DNA of 63,357 nucleotides, filler included, from Octopus bimaculoides (lineage: Eukaryota): assembly GCF_001194135.2 (NCBI RefSeq). It is 5 parts of 5 records of this genome, joined end to end, with 100 filler letters (N's around TTAATTAATTAA, not from the genome) between each part and the next. Parts side by side here need not be neighbours in the genome. Positions count along the whole stretch, not along the records: positions 17,488 to 29,541 come from NC_068982.1; positions 29,642 to 43,043 come from NC_068983.1; 3 more parts are not named here. One strand, written 5' to 3'. Positions 26,743 to 39,444 of this stretch are shown here, piece after piece (positions within the stretch are counted from its first letter, which is position 1; each line of letters starts with the position of its first letter). The notes under the pieces are model-generated. The model saw only the letters and a list, made by a program, of their open reading frames with translations, was not told where the DNA came from and did no database searches. The position numbers and the translations under genes were made by a program.

Positions 26743-27571
26743 NNNNNNNNNNNNNNNNNNNNNNNNNNNNNNNNNNNNNNNNNNNNNNNNNNNNNNNNNN
26801 NNNNNNNNNNNNNNNNNNNNNNNNNNNNNNNNNNNNNNNNNNNNNNNNNNNNNNNNNNNNNNNNNNNNNNNNNNNNNNNNNNNNNNNNNNNNNNNNNNNN
26901 NNNNNNNNNNNNNNNNNNNNNNNNNNNNNNNNNNNNNNNNNNNNNNNNNNNNNNNNNNNNNNNNNNNNNNNNNNNNNNNNNNNNNNNNNNNNNNNNNNNN
27001 NNNNNNNNNNNNNNNNNNNNNNNNNNNNNNNNNNNNNNNNNNNNNNNNNNNNNNNNNNNNNNNNNNNNNNNNNNNNNNNNNNNNNNNNNNNNNNNNNNNN
27101 NNNNNNNNNNNNNNNNNNNNNNNNNNNNNNNNNNNNNNNNNNNNNNNNNNNNNNNNNNNNNNNNNNNNNNNNNNNNNNNNNNNNNNNNNNNNNNNNNNNN
27201 NNNNNNNNNNNNNNNNNNNNNNNNNNNNNNNNNNNNNNNNNNNNNNNNNNNNNNNNNNNNNNNNNNNNNNNNNNNNNNNNNNNNNNNNNNNNNNNNNNNN
27301 NNNNNNNNNNNNNNNNNNNNNNNNNNNNNNNNNNNNNNNNNNNNNNNNNNNNNNNNNNNNNNNNNNNNNNNNNNNNNNNNNNNNNNNNNNNNNNNNNNNN
27401 NNNNNNNNNNNNNNNNNNNNNNNNNNNNNNNNNNNNNNNNNNNNNNNNNNNNNNNNNNNNNNNNNNNNNNNNNNNNNNNNNNNNNNNNNNNNNNNNNNNN
27501 NNNNNNNNNNNNNNNNNNNNNNNNNNNNNNNNNNNNNNNNNNNNNNNNNNNNNNNNNNNNNNNNNNNNNNN

Positions 27572-27628
<57 letters not shown>

Positions 27629-28019
27629 TATGCACACACACAGAGACATGCGAACACAGACACACACACGCACACACATATAATATATATATAGCTACAT
27701 TCATGTGTGCACGCACACGCAATGTTTATATATACATTTACATATATATCTACGTTTCTGTGTGTTTGTGCACAGGTGTACAAGTACACAAACACACGTA
27801 ACATGAAGAAAGAAATACATAGAAACAGAAGCAAACACAAGTTTGAAAAGTGACTTGGCACCACATTCTACGCCCTCAATTAACCCATGTATTCTCTGTG
27901 TATTAGTTAGTTGTATACTCCAGTCCATAAGCACATAAACACACATGCACATATAAATGGCTGCAGCTCTGGAGCTGAACAAGTATAGGAATAAAAGAAT
28001 AAGAGGAATAAAGTATCTA

Positions 28020-28027
28020 TTTGTCTG

Positions 28028-28090
<63 letters not shown>

Positions 28091-28100
28091 GTCTGTCTAT
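28020..28100. repeat. (TATC)n microsatellite
   Basis: Direct reading. Confidence 0.95.
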
Positions 28101-29191
28101 CTATATGTGTGTGTGTATGTTTGTGTGTGTGTGTGTTTGTAAGTGTGTGTATGTATATATATATATATATAAGGCAAAAAGATGACACGGGAGAAACAAT
28201 AGTTATGTTATGAACTTCATTAGTTTACAGCTGTTTCTGCAATAGGATGCAGTGGACCTGTAGTTGAGTGTCTGAATAGTACCCTATAGCTTCATCGGAG
28301 TCTTGAATATGAAGTGCAATACATTTTGGGAGTTGGGGTAAGAATTACATTTGTGCAATATGCAGGGAAGCAGTAACGGTAAGAAAGTCATTATTGATGC
28401 ATATATAAAGTGTATGTCGAAAAGGCAATATATATCAAAAATGAGCGAAGAGAAATAACTCAGAGTGGCCAGCATAATATATATATGAACAATATGGACA
28501 AATACATATGTGGCAAACACCATACAATATGAATTATTGATTTGTTAAAATTATCTCCGCCTCTTTTAGCCGCTTCATAATTGCCAAATTGTAATTAAGA
28601 TGTGCTTCATATCAGAAGGGAAGACAATCTCAAGAATCCCAAATCCTTCAAAGTTAACGTACCACTAAGGAAAAAGCAGGTTTGTTATCTGGAGTTGAGA
28701 GGCCGTCTTGCACATGTCTTTCTGCCTCAGTAAGCGTCATCGGCCAAGGAGCATAGACATATACAAAAACAGTAAAACAGGCTCATGGTCTAGGTAATTT
28801 GCATACATTAAACATAAGTGAGCTAATAGAAATACCTTAGAGTGGCCAATGGTGTGCATATGAACAACATTGCCAAATACAGAAATATCAAATACCATAC
28901 AAAATAAATTCTAGGGTTATTGAAAATATTTTCGTCATTAGGAGGTTGTGTCATAATCAGTAAATGGCAATCGTGATAGTTCCTAAACATATACACAAAC
29001 ACATATATATATGTGTGTATGCATGCATCTATGGATCGATGTGTGTATGTTCATCCATAGTTATATGCGTTTAATATATAGATGTGTGTATAAAAATGTA
29101 CATATGAATATACATACCTATATATNNNNNNNNNNATATATATATATATATATATATGATACACACACACATATACACATACACACTTTTA

Positions 29192-29262
29192 TTAAAACTG
29201 CAAAATTATCACAGAACTGTTACTCAGTGTTTCACACTCCCGTACGTCGGACAGTTGAGATA
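29192..29262 (+). mobile_element. PLE-associated terminal repeat fragment
   Basis: ctgttactcagtgtttcacactcccgtacgtcggacagtt matches 48899-48940. Confidence 0.55.
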
Positions 29263-29481
29263 AATTCCTATACATATATAAGTACACATACATAGTACAC
29301 ATATATGTATGAGTGTACACGTATACATATATATATGTGCACATGCAGTGGTGTGATATAAATATATACATACGCACATTCACAAATGCACACACGCATT
29401 CATATGCATCAAGTGCGAATGTCTTTGAACTTAAATTCAGGTTAGCATATATACTCACATTTATACATGCTTATATACATG

Positions 29482-29541
<60 letters not shown>

Positions 29542-29585
29542 NNNNNNNNNNNNNNNNNNNNNNNNNNNNNNNNNNNNNNNNNNNN

Positions 29586-29597
29586 TTAATTAATTAA
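29586..29597. other. Artificial gap linker TTAATTAATTAA
   Basis: 44N+linker+44N. Confidence 0.95.
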
Positions 29598-29674
29598 NNN
29601 NNNNNNNNNNNNNNNNNNNNNNNNNNNNNNNNNNNNNNNNNATAAATACTACATGTATACAATATATGTGGTTT

Positions 29675-30131
29675 GCACTCCGTCGGTTACGACGACGAGG
29701 GTTCCAGTTGATCTGATCAACGGAACAACCTGCTCGTGAAATTAATGTGCAAGTGGCTAAGCACACCACAAACTCGTGTACACTTAACGTTGTTGTTGGC
29801 ACTCCGTCGCTTACGACGTCGAGGGTTCCAGTTGATCCGATCAACGGAACAGCCTGCTCGTGTACCCTTAACGTAGTTTTCGGTGATATTCAGCGTGACG
29901 CAGTGTGACAAGGCTGACCCTTTAAATTACAGACACAACAGAAACAGGAAGAAAGAGCGAGAAAAAGTTGCGGTAAAAGAGTACAGCAGGGTTCACCACC
30001 ATCCCCTGCGGAGCCTTGTGGAGCTTTAGGTGTTTCCGCTCAATAAACACTCACTACGCCCCGGTCGGAGAATCGAAACTGCGATCTTACGACCGCGAGT
30101 CCGCTGTCCTAACCACTGGGCGATTGCACCT
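29675..30131 (-). mobile_element. SINE family C (strongly tRNA-like head) plus extra tail copy
   Basis: Minus head ggtgcaatcgcccagtggttaggacagcggactcgcggtcgtaagatcgcagtttcgattctccgacc. Tail ..gcaggctgttccgttgatcggatcaactggaaccctcg..gacggagtgc present twice (starts at 29675 and 29799). Confidence 0.88.
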
Positions 30132-30193
30132 CCACATACAATATATATGTATATATGGATGTATGGATGTATATATGTCTGCATGTATTAGGA

Positions 30194-30514
30194 GCACTAC
30201 GTCGGTTACGACGAGAATCCCAGCTGATACGATCAACGGAACAGCCTGCTCGTGAAATTAACGTGCAAGTGGCTGAGCACTCCACAGACACATGTACCCT
30301 TCTCGTAGCTCTTAGAGAGATTCAGAGTGACACTGAGTGTGACAAGGCTGACCCTTTGAAATACAGGTACTACTTATTTTTGCCGGCTGAATGGACTGGA
30401 GCAACGTGAAATAAAGTGTCTTCCTCAAGGACACAATGCGTCGCTGGGAATTGAACTCACGACTTTACGATCATGAGCCTAATGCCCGAACCACTACACC
30501 ACGCTCCTTCACCT
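30194..30514 (-). mobile_element. SINE family D (different head and centre, same tail as family C)
   Basis: Minus head ggtgaaggagcgtggtgtagtggttcgg..gtgagttcaattccc, centre tgtgtccttgaggaagacactttatttcacgttgctccagtcc; tail homologous to 29675-29920. Confidence 0.88.
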
Positions 30515-30582
30515 ACATGTATGTATATATGTGTGTATATATAAGTATGTATATATGTATATAGATAGAGATACATATATAT

Positions 30583-30661
<79 letters not shown>

Positions 30662-32403
30662 CACGTGTGTGTGTTTGAACGTATGTATGTATGTATGCAT
30701 GCATGCATGTGTGTATATCAGTAATTGTTTAATAAACATTACCTTCTCAAAATCCAAGTATTTGTATTATTTGGTTCTTTTCTAAAATATGGCGTAATAT
30801 TGTTTCGATGAAATATTTGTATATATTTCCCACATAACCTGAAACTCGTTATACTTATACGCCTGGGCATTTATACTCAGCACATTTGCAAAGAAATACG
30901 AACCAGTCGTTGTGCTATGAAGCTGTAAGACTGTATTAAACTTTTCCTGTTTGTAGCAACTTAATTAACTCAGACAGAAACTTATTCGAAAAATTCCGCT
31001 AATGACTTACATTTGAAAGCACTTCACTGCTTTCGAATCTAAAAATGGCGTATTTAAACAACTTAGATTTTAAAAACTTTTCAAGTCATCCTTTTTTTTT
31101 CTCACTTTCAAAGGACAGTAAATAGAATTTCATAACTCTTTATGTAAATTGTTGTCTCTTAAAATATCTATGTAATAAATTTCCATGTTACGAGTTCTAT
31201 GCTCAAACTTTGTTAAACGATCAGTAAAAAATATGGAGCTTATACAAAAAGGAAAAGCTGGTAGCATTACGCTGACATAGCGACGTTAACGTCTCTGTAC
31301 TTCACAGCGTGTTCCATTAATTTTATTTCTGAAATCCGTATAGTATCTTCAAGTGTTCGAGTTGTTTGTTGTTGATAGTCCTCTAATCAAGCAGGTAAAG
31401 ATACGCTAGTCATTTTGGTTTTACAGACACTTTATGAACGATTACATCACTCAAGTCGACTTGCCATAAAGATATGGGCGAGTGTGATGTAAGGGAGATT
31501 TAGTTTATATATATCGCAGAACGAAAAGATTACACAGACTCCCTTGTTCATTTTTATTCTAGTTGTGATGGTGGTGCGAGACAAAAATTTGGTGTTTTTT
31601 ATTCCATATTTTCAAATTAAACCAGATACATTGTATAATACATTCAAAAAGTATTTTCTTACACGAAACATTCTACATATATAAACTGAATGAGATTACA
31701 ACACAACAGTTTGAATCATGGGGACTGTTTCAGAAAAAAACTAGATTTTGTAAAGATTGATATTTCAAAGGTTTAGCTGTCTAGCAAATGATTTGAACTG
31801 ATACTGAGCGTGGAAACTGGAACAGTTACAACATGGCTGACACGTATTAGCCAATGAAAAACACGTAAAGAATCTTTATGTAAAAGTAACAGTGTTTGTG
31901 TGTTTTTCAATGGCTAATATCTGTCTTGTAAGCTGGAATCATTAGAGATTAATAGATATAATACCGGGTTATTAAAGATATTCTATCTCTAATTGGCTGG
32001 AAGTTTGTGGAAGATAATTGGAAAAATTGCTTGAGTAGAATTTAAAGAGTAAAATGGTGTTGAGAATATCCAAAGCGATGGCGAATATTCGAAGAAATTT
32101 AAACACAATGTCGGTAAAGAATATTTATTGTCACCTACAACCCGAATATTCTTTTCATCACTTTCAGAGGACAACAAATAGAATTCCATAACTCTGTTTA
32201 TAAAATGTTGTCTCTTAAATTATCTATGTTATAAAATGTCATCATTACGGAATATAAGCTAACCCTATTTATAAAAAAAAAGCAAGTTGACACTGCTGTA
32301 CGAAAGACAAATAGATGAAATATTTAGGTTAGTGTTTGCCTATCAAATGGCTGGATTATAGGCTAGGGTATATGTAGGGAAAGAATTTGTAGTTTGTGCT
32401 TTA

Positions 32404-33850
32404 TCTATATATATAAAAATGAGAATGTGTGTCTGTCTGTCTGTCTGTCTGTCTGTATGTCTGTGTGAATCCCTAAAACTCGAGAACTACGCAACCAATT
32501 TCATTCAAATTTTACACATGCCTTACTTAGGGTTCCAGTTGTGTTTTAGTCAAACAAAATTATTAACTTCTTGCAGAGTTCGAGCACACGGCAACATAAT
32601 ATCTCCTCCACTATTTAAGTATTACGTGTCAAAAGTGAAACAAAAACACTCATGTCAAATACTTTCACTTTAAAAATGAAACTATTCCACTAACTGAAAC
32701 AATCACATTTCGATACTGTAGTGACAGATACTTTCACAGAGAGAGAAAGAGAGAGACAGAAGGAGAGAGAGNNNNNNNNNNNNNNNNNNNNNNNNNNNNN
32801 NNNNNNNNNNNNNNNNNNNNNNNNNNNNNNNNNNNNNNNNNNNNNNNNNNNNNNNNNNNNNNNNNNNNNNNNNNNNNNNNNNNNNNNNNNNNNNNNNNNN
32901 NNNNNNNNNNNNNNNNNNNNNNNNNNNNNNNNNNNNNNNNNNNNNNNNNNNNNNNNNNNNNNNNNNNNNNNNNNNNNNNNNNNNNNNNNNNNNNNNNNNN
33001 NNNNNNNNNNNNNNNNNNNNNNNNNNNNNNNNNNNNNNNNNNNNNNNNNNNNNNNNNNNNNNNNNNNNNNNNNNNNNNNNNNNNNNNNNNNNNNNNNNNN
33101 NNNNNNNNNNNNNNNNNNNNNNNNNNNNNNNNNNNNNNNNNNNNNNNNNNNNNNNNNNNNNNNNNNNNNNNNNNNNNNNNNNNNNNNNNNNNNNNNNNNN
33201 NNNNNNNNNNNNNNNNNNNNNNNNNNNNNNNNNNNNNNNNNNNNNNNNNNNNNNNNNNNNNNNNNNNNNNNNNNNNNNNNNNNNNNNNNNNNNNNNNNNN
33301 NNNNNNNNNNNNNNNNNNNNNNNNNNNNNNNNNNNNNNNNNNNNNNNNNNNNNNNNNNNNNNNNNNNNNNNNNNNNNNNNNNNNNNNNNNNNNNNNNNNN
33401 NNNNNNNNNNNNNNNNNNNNNNNNNNNNNNNNNNNNNNNNNNNNNNNNNNNNNNNNNNNNNNNNNNNNNNNNNNNNNNNNNNNNNNNNNNNNNNNNNNNN
33501 NNNNNNNNNNNNNNNNNNNNNNNNNNNNNNNNNNNNNNNNNNNNNNNNNNNNNNNNNNNNNNNNNNNNNNNNNNNNNNNNNNNNNNNNNNNNNNNNNNNN
33601 NNNNNNNNNNNNNNNNNNNNNNNNNNNNNNNNNNNNNNNNNNNNNNNNNNNNNNNNNNNNNNNNNNNNNNNNNNNNNNNNNNNNNNNNNNNNNNNNNNNN
33701 NNATGTTGGCTGCTCAAGAGTGGGCAGCAACAAAAAACCTATTTGTATATGCTCCACAAGGGAAAACAAGGAACATAGTTTACAATGAGGTGTTATAATC
33801 ACAACAGCAAGAAAGTATGTACATGATCACGTTCTTTTACGAAACTTCTT
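32404..33850 (+). mobile_element. Helitron: 5' end, 931-N gap, helicase C-terminal remnant
   Basis: Starts A|TCTATATATATAAAA followed by (TGTC)n. After the gap, YVGCSRVGSNK/NLFVYAPQGKTRNIVYNEVL* (one +1 frameshift), the Pif1-type helicase C-terminus of Helitrons. Linkage across the gap is inferred. Confidence 0.75.
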
Positions 33851-33917
33851 TGACTTTCATATATTTATATTGATATACATATATATACGTGTGTTTGGGT
33901 GCGTGTGTGTATATACA

Positions 33918-34008
33918 TCTCTATATATAAAGATGATGCGTAGTCTAGACGGCGTTTTTAGATTTCATTATTCTCTTTAACCCGGGCAACGCCGGGTATT
34001 TCTGCTAG
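33918..34008 (+). mobile_element. 91-bp mini-Helitron with both termini
   Basis: A|TCTCTATATATAAAG ... hairpin ACCCGG-gcaacg-CCGGGT ... CTAG|T, between A and T with no TSD. Confidence 0.8.
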
Positions 34009-35459
34009 TTTTAAATAAATTTGAGTTTCGTAGCATAAAACGTCAAAGTTTAGTTAATAATGACGTTTTGTAAAGATGAAATATACAGACGACAGTATCG
34101 TACTCGTATTCTACTGATAAGTATCAGCCTTATCCAGATGAAAGGTATATTTAATGTAAAGAAATTCAAAGTGAGAATCTGGATAAACAGAAATTTAATA
34201 CTGTTAAATATTCATTCAAGAAAGCTATTTGATGGATTTCTTGTTTGTTCTTGGGTCGCATTTGTAAAATGGCTCAATAATTTATTAAATTGCAGTACAA
34301 ACATTTTAATTAATTGATCGTTGTAACAATCATATATTCTGAGATATTGTGTACTGGATAAATTATTCTAGTAATTTATTGGAGCTATATTACATGTGAT
34401 TAATTCCAGTATCTTAAGCTTAACGCATACAGAGAATGATGCACTTCCTTGTATTACTCTTCCTGAATAGGTTACGTATCGCAGGACCGATATCTCTGGT
34501 ATTATTCACGTAATCTGAGTGAACAAGAACAATATTAAGTAGATTTAAAGTAGTCTTATCCAGGTTTTCTACCCCTGAATTAGATTTAGGTACTCGAAAC
34601 AAGAGCTAATATTTAACCACCATTTTAGTTCATAACAGCATAAAACCTCACAATATCGCAAACTGTGATTACAGCTTAAATTGTAATACAGCAATTAATT
34701 TTGATTAGCCCAAAGTACACAATGATTCATTAATACATTCATGGTATATTCAGGATAATTAAATAAAATTCTGTGGCAACGTTAAATACATTAATCATTT
34801 AATTTGCGGTGTTACGTACGAAATAGATTTGTTGTATCTGCATAGCGAAGCATTAAATGAGATCTTCACGAAGACAGGTGGTTAATATCGTGTGTATTGT
34901 ATTTTGATGGTGTGAAGAGAATGTGTAGAAAGACGGCAAGCTGCACGTATCGGTTAGATAAGGGTCAGAGAGATGGTTAGAGAAGAAAGAAGTGTCATTG
35001 AGCATATACAGGAACTGCAGGGACAAAACGAAATTGAAGATGCGACAAATCTAACGGAAGGAATGCTTACAAACAAGACGGATCGTTTCCGGACATATTT
35101 TGATTTTGATTGTTATTTCTAGTATCTACGCTCATATTACGAGAATAACTATAATGGGAATGATAGCATTAACACTACTACAAGTGCTGCTGCTGCTGCT
35201 GTTGTTTTTAGTGTTATTGTTATTGTTGTTGCTAATTCTGGATCTATTGTCGTTACTGTTGCGACTGTTCTCCCTCTTGTCACTACAGAACCCAGACAAC
35301 GTTCGGTTATAATCAAATAAGATTTTCATTCATATCCATTTAATATTAGTAAAATTTGCCCCACGAGGGAAGGTCTTTTGGACCACCTCGAGTGAGGACC
35401 GAACGCACTGGTTTCCTAGATATTTTATAATTTGTCAGAATTTTTTTCTCACCTACAAA

Positions 35460-35495
35460 TTGAGCAGCGGCAGCAGCAGAAGTAGTAGTTGTAGC

Positions 35496-35543
<48 letters not shown>

Positions 35544-35946
35544 TGCTGCGGCTGTTGTTGTTGTTGTTGCAATCATTGTTGCAGTTGTTGCTGTAATTGT
35601 GCGACGAGAAGTAAAAGGATGAGGAGGAGAAGGAAGAGGCAGAGAAGAAAGAAGAGAAAGAGGAGGAGGAGGAGGAGGAGAAGGAGGAGAAGGAGGAGAA
35701 GGAGGAGGAGGCAGAGATGAAAGAAGAGAAAGAGGAGGAGGAGGAGGAGGAGTGGAAGCATAGGATGTGGAGGTGGTAGTGGAGCATTGATGAGGATGAT
35801 GAGGAGAAGGATGTAACACCATCGTGACAAAGAACACACGCCTTAGAAATAGCAAGGCAACACTCAGGTTTCGCATCGTAAAAAATACATGCTTTTTTCA
35901 CAGCAGCATGTAGACAGCGATGCCTTTCATTCTAGTAGTAGAAGTA

Positions 35947-36004
<58 letters not shown>

Positions 36005-36008
36005 CACA

Positions 36009-36054
<46 letters not shown>

Positions 36055-36060
36055 TTACTA
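35460..36060. repeat. Compound trinucleotide array (AGT, GTT, GAG, GAT, AGT, ACT)
   Basis: Direct reading; includes an internal ~75-bp duplication in the GAG tract. Confidence 0.9.
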
Positions 36061-38164
36061 GTTGTAGGCTCACTGATCTGCGGGGTCTGTAGTGCAGTGG
36101 ACGCATGCAAAAAGATAGGACTACAGAGTTATTACAAAATATCCAGGCAGCAATTCCTTTGTAAGGGAAATCAAAAAGCGTGCTCTTATCTAATGCGGTC
36201 CTTTGTCTGCTTCCAAATGATTGAATCAATCAGGGGTTCCATGAGAGGCACGAGATGCGCCCTTCTGAAGAGGGCCTCCACTTTGCTGTGGCTATTGCCA
36301 TGAATATGTTTCAGTTATTGTTATCTTGAAGGCCTTAAGTACATGATACTTGTTCGTATAGGTTAGCAAGGGAGACAACCAGACAGCCAGTGCATGCGTG
36401 TTTATCGGAATGTGCGTGTAGTCTCCAGAATTTACGTATGCGTGCGCCGTTGTATATATGTGTGTGTGTGATGGTGGAGGGGTATATTGACTACCAGTGT
36501 GTCTCTGTTTATGCCAATGTGCGCGTGAATATGACAGTTATTGTGTGTGTTTAATAGAGAGTGAGTGTAGGTATCTGGCAGTTAGTATAAGCGTTCGAAC
36601 ATGTGATGTTCAGTGTGTATGTGCATGTGGTTGAGGTTACTAATATGTGCGTGCATGTGTCAACGAATGTGTTCATATATGTACTTATTTTAGTTCGCGT
36701 GTGGCTATGTGACAGTCAAGTTGTGTACTTCTCCGAGTGTGCGTGTGGATATCTTGACAGGTACTGTGTTGTGTGTGTGTGTGTGTGTGTGTAGTGTAGT
36801 TATCCTAGTATGAATCTAGCAATGTTGACAGCCAGTAACTGTGGCTGTTTATTCTAGAATATGCGTGTAATGTTGACAAGCTTTAAGTGTTTATCGGAAT
36901 GTGAGTTCGGGCATGTTTATTAATCATTTTGCAACAATAGGCCAGCGTCTGACCTCTTGTTCTCAGGCTGATTTTTACAAGACAGATAAAATAACGTGCG
37001 TGTCTATATTCCACTCTTTTGTGTTTCGAATCGTGCGAGATCTAGTGAACAATAGATGCAAACGAGTAAAAGCATGATCTGATGTTAGTATATAGTTGTC
37101 AGAACTATAATATATAATATATATACTTAACAATATTGGCTTGTCATTAGTCATAAAACCTTTTCACTAATATGGTCCCAGGAAATATCTATAATAACAC
37201 CATTGCAATGTCATGGGAAAAATCGAAATTCTGTAGTGTTAAAACGTCTTCAGTTCATTGTTTAGCACTTGAGAAAGTTATATAAAATATTTTCATGCTG
37301 TTCTCTGACTATTCAGTTAACCTAGTTATCGATCGTTGATCGTTTTAGCTTTGAATATGAATTATTATGAAGTTTTCGAGAAGCTGCCTTATCATTGAAA
37401 ATGCTGGCCCCCTTTAGGTCAGATAGTTGACGTTAAGCAGCATTAATCTAAGCATTTCTTTAGTTGAATAAAATTTGAAGAGAAATATATCATGTTTCGT
37501 ACAACATAGTTGCTGTGGTCTACATCTTTATACTTTATTTAATAATAGAAAAATTAGATGAGTGCTCTTTGTCATACAAATCGGTTAGATGCAATGAATG
37601 AATGATTGTTTTCGTGGTAGTTATTATTGCCTAATTTGGATACGCCTATTATGTTTCTTTAGTGGAACCTTATATCTCGAAAGTAATTGTATAATAATAT
37701 TGGTTTAGTCAACGCGGAAGAACTTATGTTGGCGCGTGTCTGGCTAAAAAGAGAAAACACTACTCTCTGTAATTAAACACTGAATTCATAAATAAGAGAA
37801 GTCTATAACACAAGTCTGCATTTTTAAAAAGTAAATGATGATTGTCTACATATAGTTGATTCTGAACCATTTTTGTTACACTGATTTCAAATGCTTTTTT
37901 TTTTCTTTTGCCAACCACGTACAGATTTTGCACAAATGCTGCCAAAGATATGATGATTTTTTTTCTTGTTATGCATTGCATTCTGTCCCAGACTTTTAGA
38001 CAAGAGTATGATGAAATTAAGAACAAATGACTAGAACAATAATAATAATAAAGACCTCAATATAGTATGTAGGCCTACATATTGACTAAATATCTAAGCT
38101 TAATGCACTCACCACGTCTTTAAAGTATTTTCACTCCTTTACAAACTTCCTTTTCTTTTATTTC

Positions 38165-39435
38165 CTTCCAGCTTTGGTAGTTGCTTTCAGTCTTTCTTTA
38201 GAGTCCGACAGTAATCTGCCGTCATGTTTACACTCTACCCACCCTGGCGCCTCCGCTCCATTTCTTCAATGTTCTAGTGAAATCTCTCAACATGCTCTTC
38301 ACTTAGATTGCCAAGGTTCTCCGGGAAATAGTCGAGGTGTGAGTGAAGGAAGTGCATTTTAATATCCATTTTGCACCCAATCTTTTTGAAGTTTTGCAAC
38401 ATGGTATCAACCATGACTTTGTAATTTGAACACTTATTGTTTCCCAAAGAGTTCTCGACAACACTCTTGAAGCTCATCCATGTCTGATTTTGAGATTTAT
38501 TCATGGATTTCTCATAATCTGGACCAACAAATATTCCTGCTATAATTTTCTCACTGGTTATATTTGAGAATCTTTTTGAGAGATACTGCAAACATGGTCC
38601 ATCCGCAGGCAAAGATTTAACGAACTGTTTCATCAGACCCAGTTTCATGTGCAAAGGTAACAACAGTACTTTTGTAGATTCAATGAAGGGCTCTTGCAGA
38701 ATGTTTTTGGGTCCAGGATTTTGGGCCTGTTTTAACCATCCAGTGCCTTCTTTAGCTCTGCTGTCCCATTTACATAAGAAACATGGCATATTTGTGTAGC
38801 TTACCTCCTGGCCTAAAAGCTTACCTATAATTTTGAAATCTCCGTACACTTGCGAGTGGTATTCTGCATACTTTATATTTAACAAAAAGTTTTCACATTT
38901 TCACATGTCTCCTTTAGTTGTACAGAATGTGTCACTGGAATGGATGAATACTTATTTCCATTGTGCAGCAAGACAGCCATCAAATCCTTTTGGAGGAATC
39001 AATGAATAGCTTCCGTTCTGAGGGATCGCTCTCGATCTTAAAATAGTTTAGCAGCTTTGGGATATTATAGCAAAACACCACTGATTCATCCTCAACAAAG
39101 AAAGGTAACAATTCGTGTTCCTTGTGACGATACCGAGAGAAGAAGGTTCGCGGTAACAAAAGTTTTTTCACTTTCAGCCTAGAACCAAGAAGTCCCTCTG
39201 CATCTTTTGGTAGGTTCCAATCTCTCAGCAAATCATTGAGCTCTTCCTGTGTAAATAACTGCAGAATTTCGATTTTATCAAAAGTGTAGTCATCACCTTC
39301 TTCATATTTGTCTTCATCACTGCCTGATGCAACATTCTTCAAAGTTAGTGGAGGGAGAGGACCTGAAATGTCAACCCCGTGTGCAATAGGCCGTATAACC
39401 GAGGGAATACTATGACACGCTATCTTGTGTTCATT
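38165..39435 (-). mobile_element. Chapaev3-like (CMC superfamily) DNA transposase pseudogene, 5'-truncated
   Basis: FTQEELNDLLRD..LLGSRLK..LFIDSSKR..VLLHNGNKY..GDFK..CFLCKWDSR..PLHMKLGLMKQFVKSL..GIFVGP..KMHFLHSHLDYFPENLG..SEEH.ERFH..MTADYC; multiple frameshifts. Family name is from motif recall. Confidence 0.8.
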
Positions 39436-39444
39436 TTTGCACGG

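Noticed and set aside
30060-30131. tRNA gene (also 57945-58013 and 30440-30514)
   Set aside because: The tRNA-like heads continue directly into multi-copy SINE bodies, with no clean acceptor stem or T-run terminator.
31965-32045. GWKFVEDNWKNCLSR resembles an M1 aminopeptidase C-terminal motif
   Set aside because: Bounded by stops on both sides, with no usable splice sites or neighbouring exons; probably chance.
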